Of a DNA stretch of 32,000 nucleotides, positions 1 through 7,792 are shown one piece after another (the first letter of the stretch is position 1; each line of letters starts with the position of its first letter). Position numbers and translations under genes: made by a program. This DNA comes from Coprobacillaceae bacterium (lineage in GTDB: Bacteria; Bacillota_I; Bacilli_A; Erysipelotrichales; Coprobacillaceae), in assembly GCA_963675915.1 (NCBI GenBank), contig OY780959.1:1980001-2012000 (forward strand), written 5' to 3'. A model generated the notes under the pieces. That model did not search any database. It worked only from the letters and a program-made list of their open reading frames with translations, and was not told the origin of the DNA.

Positions 1-43
1 TATCTTAATAATATGACAAAAATGTGACAATTGAAAAATAAAT

Positions 44-91
44 AAAAAAACCTGTGAGAAAACCGCCCTAAGGACAGATTTTCTTCACAGG
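44..91 (-). terminator. Rho-independent terminator downstream of adhE
   Basis: The minus transcript forms the hairpin CCUGUGAAGAAAA/UUUUCUCACAGG (plus arms 51-62 and 79-91, one bulged U). A U7 run follows (plus A-run 44-50). The hairpin starts 18 nt after the adhE stop. Confidence 0.75.
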
Positions 92-108
92 TTAATAGTT
101 AAGACAGA

Positions 109-2775
109 TTATTTAGCGAATTTGCTTTTGTAATCGTAGATTGTTCTCAACATTGCTTCCATATCATTGATAAGAGGCATTCTTGGGTTACATGGAGTAC
201 ATTGATCTTCGTAAGCATTCATTGCCATACGGTGAATAGCTTCTTCCCATGTATCTTTAGCGATTCCTTGTGATTCGATATTTGCAGCAATACCGATTTT
301 AGCACACAATTCTTCACAAGCATCAGCGAACATTGCGACACCTTCAGCTGGAGTTTTAGGATTTAATCCGATTAATTGAGCTAATTCCATGTATTTAACG
401 TCAGCTTGATAGTTTTCAATTTTTGGCCAGATGTTTAATTTAGTTGGAACAGTACCATTGTAACGGATTACGTGTGGTAATAAGATACCATTTGTACGTC
501 CATGAGGTACGTGGAATTCCCCACCGATTTTATGAGCTAATGAGTGGTTAACACCTAAGAATGCGTTAGCGAATGCCATACCAGCGATTGTAGCTGCATT
601 ATGCATTTTTTCACGTGCAAGTGGTGAACCAGTGAATACTGAATCTTCTAAGTAATCGAATACTAATTTGATTGCTTGTTTAGCCCATCCGTCAGTGAAG
701 TCAGATGCTAAGATTGAAACATAAGCTTCAACCGCATGAGTTAATACGTCGATACCTGTATCAGCAGCTACTGCTTTTGGTAATGTAGCAACGAACTCAG
801 GGTCAACGATAGCTACAGTTGGAGTCAATGCGTAGTCAGCCAATGGATATTTTTTGTTTTCTTTTTTGTCAGAGATAACCGCGAAAGGTGTAACTTCAGA
901 TCCAGTTCCTGATGTTGTTGGGATACAGATCATTTTAGCTTTACTTCCTAATTCAGGGAATTTGAATGCACGTTTACGGATATCCATGAATTTTTGTTTC
1001 AGATCATCGAATACTACTTCTGGGTTTTCGTATAATAACCACATGATTTTAGCAGCATCCATTGAAGACCCCCCACCTAATGCAACGATGCAGTCAGGTT
1101 GGAATGATTTCATTACTTCAACACCTTTGTATACTGTTTCCAAAGATGGATCTGGTTCTACTTCGAAGAATAATTCGATGTCTACTTTATTATTACGACG
1201 ACGGATTACATCTTCAATTTTATCAACGTAACCTAAGTTGTACATACCTTTGTCAGTTACGATCATACATTTTTCCATATCTTTCATATCTTTAAGATAT
1301 TGGATAGAATTTCTTTCGAAATAAATTTTTGGTGGAAGTTTAACCCATTGCATATTGTTGTTACGTCTCCCGATTCTTTTAATATTGATCAAGTTTAAAG
1401 CACTAACGTTGTTTGAAACTGAGTTATGTCCATATGATCCACAACCTAATGTTAATGAAGGGATGAATGCATTATAAACTGAACCGATTCCACCGAATGT
1501 TGATGGTGCATTTTCGATAATACGGATTGCTTTACATCTTCTACCGAATCTAACAGTGATGTCATGATCTTCAGTATGGATTGCAGCCGAGTGACCCAAA
1601 CCGTTGAATTCAACCATTTGTCCAGCTAATTCGATACCTTCTTCAGTACTGTTTGATTTCAAGATTGCTAATACTGGAGATAATTTTTCACGAGTTAATG
1701 GTTCATTTGGTCCAACTTCAGCACATTCAGCAGCAAGTACTTGAGTGTCAGCAGGAACAGTGAATCCAGCTTGTTCAGCGATCCAAGCAGCAGGTTTACC
1801 AACTACAGTCGCATTTAATTTACCAGCAGCAACGTTGTCAGATCCACTTTCAACACCGAACATGAATTTTTCTAACATTTTCTTTTCTTTAGCGTTTGTG
1901 AAATAAACTGGGTATTTTCCGATTTCAGCTTTGAATGCATCATAGATTTCTTTGTCAATGATTGCAGCTTGTTCAGAAGCACAGATCATCCCGTTATCGA
2001 ATGCTTTTGATAAGAAGATATCATTAGCAGCACGTTTTAATACAGCTGTTTTTTCTACATAAGCAGGAACGTTACCAGCCCCAACACCTAATGCAGGTTT
2101 ACCACAAGAGTAAGCAGCTTTAACCATTGCGTTACCACCAGTTGCTAAGATTGTAGCGATTCCTGGGTGATTCATTAACGCACCAGTTGCGTACATAGAT
2201 TTGATTCCTAACCATTGGATACAGTTTTCAGGAGCTCCAGCTGCGATTGCTGCATCTCTGATTACAGTTGCTGCTTGAACAGAACATTCATGAGCTGATG
2301 GATGGAATGAGAAAATGATAGGGTTTCTTGTTTTCAATGCGATTAAACATTTGAAGATTGTTGTAGATGTTGGGTTTGTTGTTGGAACGATACCACATAC
2401 AACACCAACTGGTTCAGCAATTTCAGTAATTCCTGTTAAAGGATCTTCATTGATGATTCCAACAGTTTTAGTGTGACGTAAGTTTGAAGTTACGTATTCA
2501 CAAGCGAATAAGTTTTTAACCGCTTTATCTTCGAATACACCACGTCCAGTTTCTTTTACTGCAGCTTCAGCTAAGATACCATGAGCATCTAAACCTGCTA
2601 CTGAACATTTAGCCACGATATGATCTACTTGTTCTTGATTGAATGATTCGAACTCTTTTAATGCTTGTAACGCGCCAGTTACAAGACCATCAATATGAGC
2701 ATCAGTTTCTGCCTCAGTAGGAGCCGCCGCTTTTACAGCTTCAACTTCTTTTTTAGCAACTTTTTTTTCTGCCAT
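109..2775 (-). CDS. adhE: Bifunctional acetaldehyde-CoA/alcohol dehydrogenase (AdhE), 888 aa
   Basis: The N-terminal ALDH domain has the catalytic-Cys context FDNGMICASEQ. The C-terminal Fe-ADH domain has GGGSSMDAAK and HSLAHKIGGEFHVPHG. An RBS GGAGGAAACAA precedes the ATG. There is a ~20-aa Lys/Ala/Glu-rich N-terminal extension. Confidence 0.97.
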   Translation of the reverse strand: MAEKKVAKKEVEAVKAAAPTEAETDAHIDGLVTGALQALKEFESFNQEQVDHIVAKCSVAGLDAHGILAEAAVKETGRGVFEDKAVKNLFACEYVTSNLRHTKTVGIINEDPLTGITEIAEPVGVVCGIVPTTNPTSTTIFKCLIALKTRNPIIFSFHPSAHECSVQAATVIRDAAIAAGAPENCIQWLGIKSMYATGALMNHPGIATILATGGNAMVKAAYSCGKPALGVGAGNVPAYVEKTAVLKRAANDIFLSKAFDNGMICASEQAAIIDKEIYDAFKAEIGKYPVYFTNAKEKKMLEKFMFGVESGSDNVAAGKLNATVVGKPAAWIAEQAGFTVPADTQVLAAECAEVGPNEPLTREKLSPVLAILKSNSTEEGIELAGQMVEFNGLGHSAAIHTEDHDITVRFGRRCKAIRIIENAPSTFGGIGSVYNAFIPSLTLGCGSYGHNSVSNNVSALNLINIKRIGRRNNNMQWVKLPPKIYFERNSIQYLKDMKDMEKCMIVTDKGMYNLGYVDKIEDVIRRRNNKVDIELFFEVEPDPSLETVYKGVEVMKSFQPDCIVALGGGSSMDAAKIMWLLYENPEVVFDDLKQKFMDIRKRAFKFPELGSKAKMICIPTTSGTGSEVTPFAVISDKKENKKYPLADYALTPTVAIVDPEFVATLPKAVAADTGIDVLTHAVEAYVSILASDFTDGWAKQAIKLVFDYLEDSVFTGSPLAREKMHNAATIAGMAFANAFLGVNHSLAHKIGGEFHVPHGRTNGILLPHVIRYNGTVPTKLNIWPKIENYQADVKYMELAQLIGLNPKTPAEGVAMFADACEELCAKIGIAANIESQGIAKDTWEEAIHRMAMNAYEDQCTPCNPRMPLINDMEAMLRTIYDYKSKFAK

Positions 2776-2796
2776 TAATTGTTTCCTCCAATATAT

Positions 2797-2818
2797 TTGT
2801 GAAATATTTAATTTACAA
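2797..2818 (-). promoter_or_regulatory. Imperfect inverted repeat TTGTGAA-N8-TTTACAA in the adhE leader (Rex-like half-sites, non-canonical spacing)
   Basis: The repeat lies between the predicted -10 box and the RBS of adhE. A further TTGTGAA half-site (minus strand, plus 2870-2876) sits upstream of the -35. Canonical Rex boxes are TTGTGAA-N4-TTCACAA, so this is only a candidate operator. Confidence 0.3.
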
Positions 2819-2822
2819 CGCT

Positions 2823-2851
2823 AGTATACATGCTATCTAAATCAATTACAA
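2823..2851 (-). promoter_or_regulatory. Candidate sigma-A promoter of adhE (TTGTAA-17-TATACT)
   Basis: The -35 TTGTAA is at plus 2846-2851 and the -10 TATACT at plus 2823-2828, with a 17-nt spacer. The promoter sits about 45 nt upstream of the adhE ATG. Confidence 0.45.
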
Positions 2852-2963
2852 GCATTATTCGCAAAAAATTTCACAAACTTTTTATGTTACCGTTTACATT
2901 GCGATATACCCAAAATATCCCTGTCGATATTAAGAATATTCCCAATTGTCAAATAATAAGAAA

Positions 2964-3050
2964 GCTGATTCAATTTGAGAATATGATGTTCCTAATAAAT
3001 GGCCGTGAATATTTCAACGTCCAAATTCCAGTTCCCCAAATCGAATCAGC
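2964..3050 (-). repeat. 13-nt inverted repeat with 61-nt spacer; possible long-stem terminator or structured RNA after the CaCA gene
   Basis: The plus arms are GCTGATTCAATTT (2964-2976) and AAATCGAATCAGC (3038-3050), matching 12/13. The single mismatch becomes a G-U pair only on the minus-strand transcript. The 3' arm is followed by UUUCUUAUUAUUU. The repeat starts 24 nt after the CaCA stop. Confidence 0.4.
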
Positions 3051-3073
3051 CCTTAATACAAGTGTATGAAAAT

Positions 3074-4015
3074 TTAAATAATTGTGAACAGGTATGCGAC
3101 ATACCCTGCCACAAGAACCATCGCACTACGGCGATTGAAGATATTGGTCTTGAAGGTAAGACTGAAAAACAGTACAATCGCCGCCAAGGCCACAAACGCA
3201 TCCATTATAAATGAATGATCAAATATTACCGCGCTAGGCGCCACCACTGAAGTGGTACCCAGTACCAGCAGAATATTGAAAATATTGGAACCGACGATAT
3301 TTCCGACCGAAATATCGACATTTCCCTTGAGTGCTGCCGTAATTGAAGTTATCAATTCCGGCAACGAGGTTCCCAATGCGACCACCGTAAGACCAATGAT
3401 CCGATCATCCACCCCAAACGATGTGGCGATACTTGTTGCTGAATCGATTGTCAGATTACTTCCGCCGATAATCATCATTATTCCGACAACAATAAAAAAC
3501 AGCAACCTGTACGTTTTGTCTTTTTCTTCAGCCACACTGACTTCATCCAGCGAAGTTTCCTGTCCGGTAGTAGTCAGCCAGTACAAATATCCCAAAAAAA
3601 CCAGGAAAAGCCCCAATAGAATCATTCCATCGAATCTGCTGATTGATCCGCCAATTGAACCCAACACAGCCAAAACAATCGTAATCAACATTACAAAAGG
3701 TATCTCATATCTGATGGTGTTTTTCTTAACCGCCAGTGAGGCGATAACTCCAGTAACCCCCAACACAAACAATACGTTCATGATATTTGATCCGATTATG
3801 TTTCCGATACTAAGATCGGCTGCGCCACTGTAGGCGGATGTGATTGAAATCGCTGCCTCTGGAGCACTTGTACCAAAAGCAACTATTGTCAGCCCGATTA
3901 CAATTTCAGGAATATGCATTTTTGAAGCCAGCTTGCTTGAAGCTTCGACAAAGATATCAGCCCCCTTTATTAAAAGTATAAACCCTAAAATCAAAATCCC
4001 AAACTGTATGATCAT
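3074..4015 (-). CDS. Ca2+/Na+ (CaCA, YrbG-type) cation antiporter, 313 aa
   Basis: It has about 10 predicted TM segments. Two alpha-repeat signatures are present, AFGTSAPEAAIS and ALGTSLPELITS, typical of the sodium/calcium exchanger family. An RBS GGGAGG precedes the ATG. Confidence 0.9.
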   Translation of the reverse strand: MIIQFGILILGFILLIKGADIFVEASSKLASKMHIPEIVIGLTIVAFGTSAPEAAISITSAYSGAADLSIGNIIGSNIMNVLFVLGVTGVIASLAVKKNTIRYEIPFVMLITIVLAVLGSIGGSISRFDGMILLGLFLVFLGYLYWLTTTGQETSLDEVSVAEEKDKTYRLLFFIVVGIMMIIGGSNLTIDSATSIATSFGVDDRIIGLTVVALGTSLPELITSITAALKGNVDISVGNIVGSNIFNILLVLGTTSVVAPSAVIFDHSFIMDAFVALAAIVLFFSLTFKTNIFNRRSAMVLVAGYVAYLFTII

Positions 4016-4034
4016 TGTGTTCCTCCCAAATTAA

Positions 4035-4148
4035 TAAAAAAAGACGCATGTCCCCTATTGAAACATGGTCTTGTCAATGACTTTATATCCGGTATAAATA
4101 CGAGATGACGAATATAAAAACGTAGGATACGGTGACTACTCCCCATGC
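4035..4148 (-). ncRNA. yybP-ykoY (Mn2+)-like riboswitch leader with intrinsic-terminator expression platform
   Basis: The minus transcript contains GGGGAGUAG (4144->4136) and UUGACAAGACC (4078->4068). A closing helix pairs CAUGG (4147->4143) with CCAUG (4068->4064). The terminator GACCAUGU/ACAUGCGUC plus U7 (4036-4070) overlaps the 3' strand of that closing helix. It ends about 20 nt before the CaCA start codon (RBS at 4022-4027), leaving no room for another promoter. Confidence 0.6.
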
Positions 4149-4152
4149 ATCC

Positions 4153-4180
4153 ATATTATCATAAATCACGGTAATTGCAA
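4153..4180 (-). promoter_or_regulatory. Sigma-A-type promoter driving the riboswitch leader (TTGCAA-16-TAATAT, TGa extended -10)
   Basis: The -35 TTGCAA is at 4175-4180 and the -10 TAATAT at 4153-4158, preceded by TGA. The predicted +1 coincides with the start of the aptamer closing helix. Confidence 0.55.
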
Positions 4181-4185
4181 ATAAA

Positions 4186-4983
4186 TTAGATAAATTTGTG
4201 ATTTTTCAAAGCTTGATAAATTCCTTCTTGCTCAACCGTCTCAGTAACATAGTCGCCGATTTCCTTGAGCTGCGCTACGCCGTTGCCCATCACAATCCCC
4301 ATTCCAACAGTTTCAATCATTTCAAAATCATTGTATGCATCACCAAATGCAATGGTATTGTCGATTGGGACGTTCAAATGTTCACAAAGTTTCTTGATTC
4401 CTTTGCCTTTTGATTCGCCTTTCAAAGTCAAGTCACATGAGTATTCTTGAATATGGGGCTGCAGGTCAAAATAATTGCCTAGCTTGCCACGAGCCTTATT
4501 CAAGGTTTCCACATCAGGACAGACCAACATCCCGATATAAACTTCGATCTGTTCATAATCGAAGTCATCGACGCAGACTTCTTTTTTCATCGACCACTCG
4601 GCAATGAATTTTTTATGCATTTCATCTTCATGGTCTCTGATATAAATGTTATCTCGCGATTCAAAATAGTAGTTGCTGTCATGAACTTGACAGAACTCAA
4701 TCACTTCTTTAATTGCTTCTTTGGAAATTGCCGACTTGTACAGCGATTTGCCGTTTAACTCGACGTAAGCTCCATTGCAAGTCACAAAACCGCTGAAACT
4801 GTATTCGTTAACAAAATCCGGAATAAAGCAAATGCTGCGCCCTGTCGCAACAAGAACCTCGTGTTCCCGGGTTTTAAGTTCATCCATGGCTAACTTTGAC
4901 TTTGTGGTGATGCGATCGATTCCGTTGTTCAAATCGACAAGCGTACCATCAATATCAAAGAAAAAGTATTTTTTGTCTATCAT
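4186..4983 (-). CDS. Cof-type HAD-IIB family hydrolase (sugar-phosphate phosphatase-like), 265 aa
   Basis: Motif I is FFDIDGTLV and motif IV is FGDAYNDFEM. An RBS GGAGGAAC is present. The gene starts directly after the upstream terminator. Confidence 0.85.
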   Translation of the reverse strand: MIDKKYFFFDIDGTLVDLNNGIDRITTKSKLAMDELKTREHEVLVATGRSICFIPDFVNEYSFSGFVTCNGAYVELNGKSLYKSAISKEAIKEVIEFCQVHDSNYYFESRDNIYIRDHEDEMHKKFIAEWSMKKEVCVDDFDYEQIEVYIGMLVCPDVETLNKARGKLGNYFDLQPHIQEYSCDLTLKGESKGKGIKKLCEHLNVPIDNTIAFGDAYNDFEMIETVGMGIVMGNGVAQLKEIGDYVTETVEQEGIYQALKNHKFI

Positions 4984-4995
4984 ATGTTCCTCCGT

Positions 4996-5024
4996 AAAAA
5001 AAAGAGATACAAGATCTCTTTTTT
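4996..5024 (-). terminator. Rho-independent terminator after the NlpC/P60 gene (bidirectional shape)
   Basis: The hairpin is AAGAGAT-acaag-ATCTCTT (5002-5020), flanked by an A8 run and a T-run. On the minus strand a U8 run follows, then the RBS of the HAD gene comes immediately. Confidence 0.7.
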
Positions 5025-5027
5025 GTT

Positions 5028-6434
5028 TTAGTAAATTCTGATTGCGTATGTGAAACTGCTGATACCTGTAGCGTATCTCACAACGTCACCGGTATGTGGT
5101 GCGTGGATATAAGTATTCCCACCTACAAAAAGTGCGACATGCCCAGATCTCCATAAGATATCACCTGGACGGGCGTTGTAAACCGATACAGCCGTTCCCG
5201 CATATCTTTGGTCACCGGAAACTCGAGGAATATAGATTCCCACTTGGCGGTAGACCCACTGCGTGAATCCGGAACAGTCAAATGTATACGGCCCTGTCGC
5301 GCCCCATACGTAAGGACTTCCCAGCTTGGTAGCTGCAACCGAAAGAATCTTATTTCCGATTGAAGATACCTTGACTTTCAAGGTTGCTTTGGCAACATTG
5401 CCTTCACTATCCGAAACCGAATACGTTACCGTCTTAGTTCCTGAAGTTGAAGTATCAATACTTGAAATCGATACCTTTCCAGTCAAATCACCATCTTTGT
5501 TATCAATTGCCGAAACAAGGTAAGATCTTGTAGAAATACTTGCTCCCGTAAGGATATCAACTGTTGATTTAGAAAGTTTGATTGTCGGCGCTGCCGTATC
5601 TTTTACTGTGAATACCAGACTGTTAACAGTTTGGTTTCCTGATGAATCGGTTGCCGTAACTGTCAGTTGCTGCTCACCGTCTTCATTTTTGGAATCGACA
5701 TTACCTTCGACAGCAATATCCAATTCCTGATCAAAATTATCTTCATAAGTCAGATAATCACTCAGTTTGAATTCTGTTCCGTAGTTCAAAGTAACCACTT
5801 CACCTTGCGAAAGATTCGCTACCGGTGCTTGGGTATCGGCCACATTGAAATAGAATGTTTCTTCTGCTTTATTGTCCGAACTGTCAGTTGCTGTAATCGT
5901 AACTGTTGTCAGACCTAATTGTTCTGTATTTAATTGTGTTGAAGTTTCAATGAATGGCGTAACATCTCCATCGACGTTATCTGTGGCATTGATGTAATCA
6001 CCAATTGCAGTAGAACCCATTACCGGAACTTCAATTGTATAGCCTGTTCGATTACCAATAACAGTAAAATCAGGTGCTTGATTGTCAATTACCGAAACAA
6101 CAATATTTTTTGTCGCTGTATTCTGGAATTGATCAGTCGCAGTTACCATCACTGTGTAATCTCCCAATTGATTGATATTTAATGAATCTGTATCGGCAGT
6201 AATAACCATCTCACTAAGAGTATCATGATTATCGTGAACCTCAACCAAATCAGTTGAAAATTCTTGACCGTATGCTAATTCAATATTGTTAGAATCAATT
6301 GTCGGTGCTTCACGGTCAACCGCCGCGTAACCTACCAATGCAAATGAAGCTACGGCAACTACAGGTATAAACATTGCCTTGCGTTCCTTCACACTAGTTA
6401 TGATTGATTCTTTGATATTTTTTATCTTAGACAT
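5028..6434 (-). CDS. Membrane-anchored cell-wall hydrolase: N-terminal TM, four Ig-like (DUF5011-type) repeats, C-terminal NlpC/P60 peptidase, 468 aa
   Basis: The TM anchor is AMFIPVVAVASFALVGYAAV. Four repeats of about 85 aa are each bounded by D-x-x-AP (EAPTID, DNQAPDF, DTQAPVA, DTAAPTI). The C40 catalytic context is FDCSGFTQWVY ... GHVALFVG ... IHAPH. An RBS GGAGG is present. Confidence 0.85.
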   Translation of the reverse strand: MSKIKNIKESIITSVKERKAMFIPVVAVASFALVGYAAVDREAPTIDSNNIELAYGQEFSTDLVEVHDNHDTLSEMVITADTDSLNINQLGDYTVMVTATDQFQNTATKNIVVSVIDNQAPDFTVIGNRTGYTIEVPVMGSTAIGDYINATDNVDGDVTPFIETSTQLNTEQLGLTTVTITATDSSDNKAEETFYFNVADTQAPVANLSQGEVVTLNYGTEFKLSDYLTYEDNFDQELDIAVEGNVDSKNEDGEQQLTVTATDSSGNQTVNSLVFTVKDTAAPTIKLSKSTVDILTGASISTRSYLVSAIDNKDGDLTGKVSISSIDTSTSGTKTVTYSVSDSEGNVAKATLKVKVSSIGNKILSVAATKLGSPYVWGATGPYTFDCSGFTQWVYRQVGIYIPRVSGDQRYAGTAVSVYNARPGDILWRSGHVALFVGGNTYIHAPHTGDVVRYATGISSFTYAIRIY

Positions 6435-6459
6435 AACTAACCTCCAAAGTCATGAGTAA

Positions 6460-6488
6460 ATTTTACAATATTCTGACAACCAAAGCAA
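6460..6488 (-). promoter_or_regulatory. Candidate sigma-A promoter of the NlpC/P60 gene (TTGCTT-17-TAAAAT)
   Basis: The -35 is at plus 6483-6488 and the -10 at plus 6460-6465, with a 17-nt spacer. The leader to the RBS GGAGG is short. Confidence 0.5.
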
Positions 6489-6774
6489 CCCTAAAACCCA
6501 AAAAAAGTGCTTTTTATCAATATATTCCAACATTTATCGCCTGAAATCCGCACTATCAGTACGTTTCAGGAAATAACAAAAAATATGTGATAAAAACGGT
6601 CTCAGGTAACGGTTTCCACCCTTTTTTACATAAGTTTCAAACCGTAAATTTGGTGTTTCACATTAATCATTTCACAAAGTAAGCGCTAACATATTTTGTG
6701 TGATATTTGCCTCTTTTTGTGTTGCATACTTCCATTGTTGTTTTTTGCCTTTTTTTGTAAATTAATTTTGGAAT

Positions 6775-6822
6775 AAAAAAAACACTCCCAGTTATCCGGC
6801 ATGCCTATCCGACTGAGAGTGT
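6775..6822 (-). terminator. Rho-independent terminator after nusG
   Basis: An 11-bp stem ACACUCUCAGU/ACUGGGAGUGU (plus 6812-6822 and 6782-6792, one G-U pair) is followed by U7 (plus A-run 6775-6781). Confidence 0.85.
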
Positions 6823-6844
6823 TAATCAACTATTTATTATTAGT

Positions 6845-7402
6845 TTAGTATTCAACTTTTTCCAGCTGAACCAACTCGATTTCAGCAGTATTCAAGTTTC
6901 CTAAGATATCGATAAGAACTTTTGCAGTATCCTTTTCACGATCAATCGATTCAACTTTACCGATTTTATCTTTCAAAGGACCGGCAACAACTTTGACGTC
7001 GTCTCCTTCTTCAAAATCGATTTCGAAAGATGTTGGTGTAAGGTTCATTGCTTTCAAAATAGGATCCAATTCTGATTTTTGCAGTGGGAATGGCTTAGCC
7101 CCTCCCCCTGAAGATCCGATAAATCCAGTAACTCCCGGTGTGTTACGAACAACATACCAAGCCTCATCGGTCATGATCATCTCAACAAGAACATAACCAG
7201 GGAACATAGTCTTGCTTATATTGACTTTTTTCCCGTCTTTGACTTCTGTCTCTACGTGTTCAGGTACAACGATTCTAAACAGGATATCTTGAAGTCCCAT
7301 TGACTCCACCCGTTTTTCGATATTTTCTTTTACTTTGTATTCGTGTCCAGAGTATGTGTTAACAACATACCACTGTCTACCTTCATCGTTCATATCTACC
7401 AT
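6845..7402 (-). CDS. nusG: Transcription termination/antitermination factor NusG, 185 aa
   Basis: The NGN motif is WYVVNTYSGHEYKVK and the KOW motif is GDDVKVVAGPLKDKIGKV. The gene follows secE by 1 nt. The start could alternatively be the ATG at 7393 (MNDEGRQWYV). Confidence 0.95.
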   Translation of the reverse strand: MVDMNDEGRQWYVVNTYSGHEYKVKENIEKRVESMGLQDILFRIVVPEHVETEVKDGKKVNISKTMFPGYVLVEMIMTDEAWYVVRNTPGVTGFIGSSGGGAKPFPLQKSELDPILKAMNLTPTSFEIDFEEGDDVKVVAGPLKDKIGKVESIDREKDTAKVLIDILGNLNTAEIELVQLEKVEY

Positions 7403-7403
7403 A

Positions 7404-7592
7404 TTAACTCAACCCCAACATTTCAAAAATTACTACAATAATAGCATCACTTGCATAAAAATATAAACCCATAACAAACATAAAGCAAATTACAATAAGA
7501 GAATTCTTAACTAATTTGTCTTTTTCCAACCAATGGATTTTCTTTACTTGCGATTTAATTTCTTTTAATTTACACCACTCGCGTATCTTCAT
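7404..7592 (-). CDS. secE: Preprotein translocase subunit SecE, 62 aa
   Basis: It has a single C-terminal TM segment and the motif KSQVKKIHWLEKDKLVKNSLIV, typical of SecE. It sits in the conserved rpmG-secE-nusG order. An RBS AGGAGG is present. Confidence 0.9.
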   Translation of the reverse strand: MKIREWCKLKEIKSQVKKIHWLEKDKLVKNSLIVICFMFVMGLYFYASDAIIVVIFEMLGLS

Positions 7593-7600
7593 AGATCCTC

Positions 7601-7750
7601 CTACTTAGTTTCGCGGTGAAGCGTATGTTTACCGCATTTTTTACAATATTTTCTTAATTCTAGTCTCTCAACGTTAACTCTCTTATTTTTTGTAATTGTA
7701 TAATTACGAGAAAGGCACTCAGTACAAACTAAAATCACTTTTTCTTTCAT
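7601..7750 (-). CDS. rpmG: 50S ribosomal protein L33, 49 aa (not in the supplied ORF track)
   Basis: My own translation of the minus strand gives [49 protein letters not shown]. The CxxC...CxxC zinc-ribbon form of L33 is present. It sits at the conserved position upstream of secE. Confidence 0.92.
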   Translation of the reverse strand: MKEKVILVCTECLSRNYTITKNKRVNVERLELRKYCKKCGKHTLHRETK

Positions 7751-7792
7751 AATATCACTCTTTCTAACTTTTTAACATTAACATAAAAACGG

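Noticed and set aside
2830-3069. A 79-aa plus-strand ORF (and the overlapping one at 2999-3214) in the adhE/CaCA intergenic region.
   Set aside because: It has no SD and no recognisable domain. It overlaps the adhE promoter and the inverted-repeat element. It is more likely non-coding.
3252-3833. A 193-aa plus-strand ORF.
   Set aside because: It is antisense to the CaCA antiporter, whose alpha-repeat motifs clearly identify the minus frame as coding.
6435-6770. A c-di-AMP (ydaO-type) riboswitch or WalR boxes (TGTWAH-N5-TGTWAH) upstream of the NlpC/P60 hydrolase.
   Set aside because: No ydaO-like conserved cores were seen. The TGTGAAA direct repeats have the wrong hexamer and 14-nt phasing for WalR. 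The best promoter leaves only a short leader.
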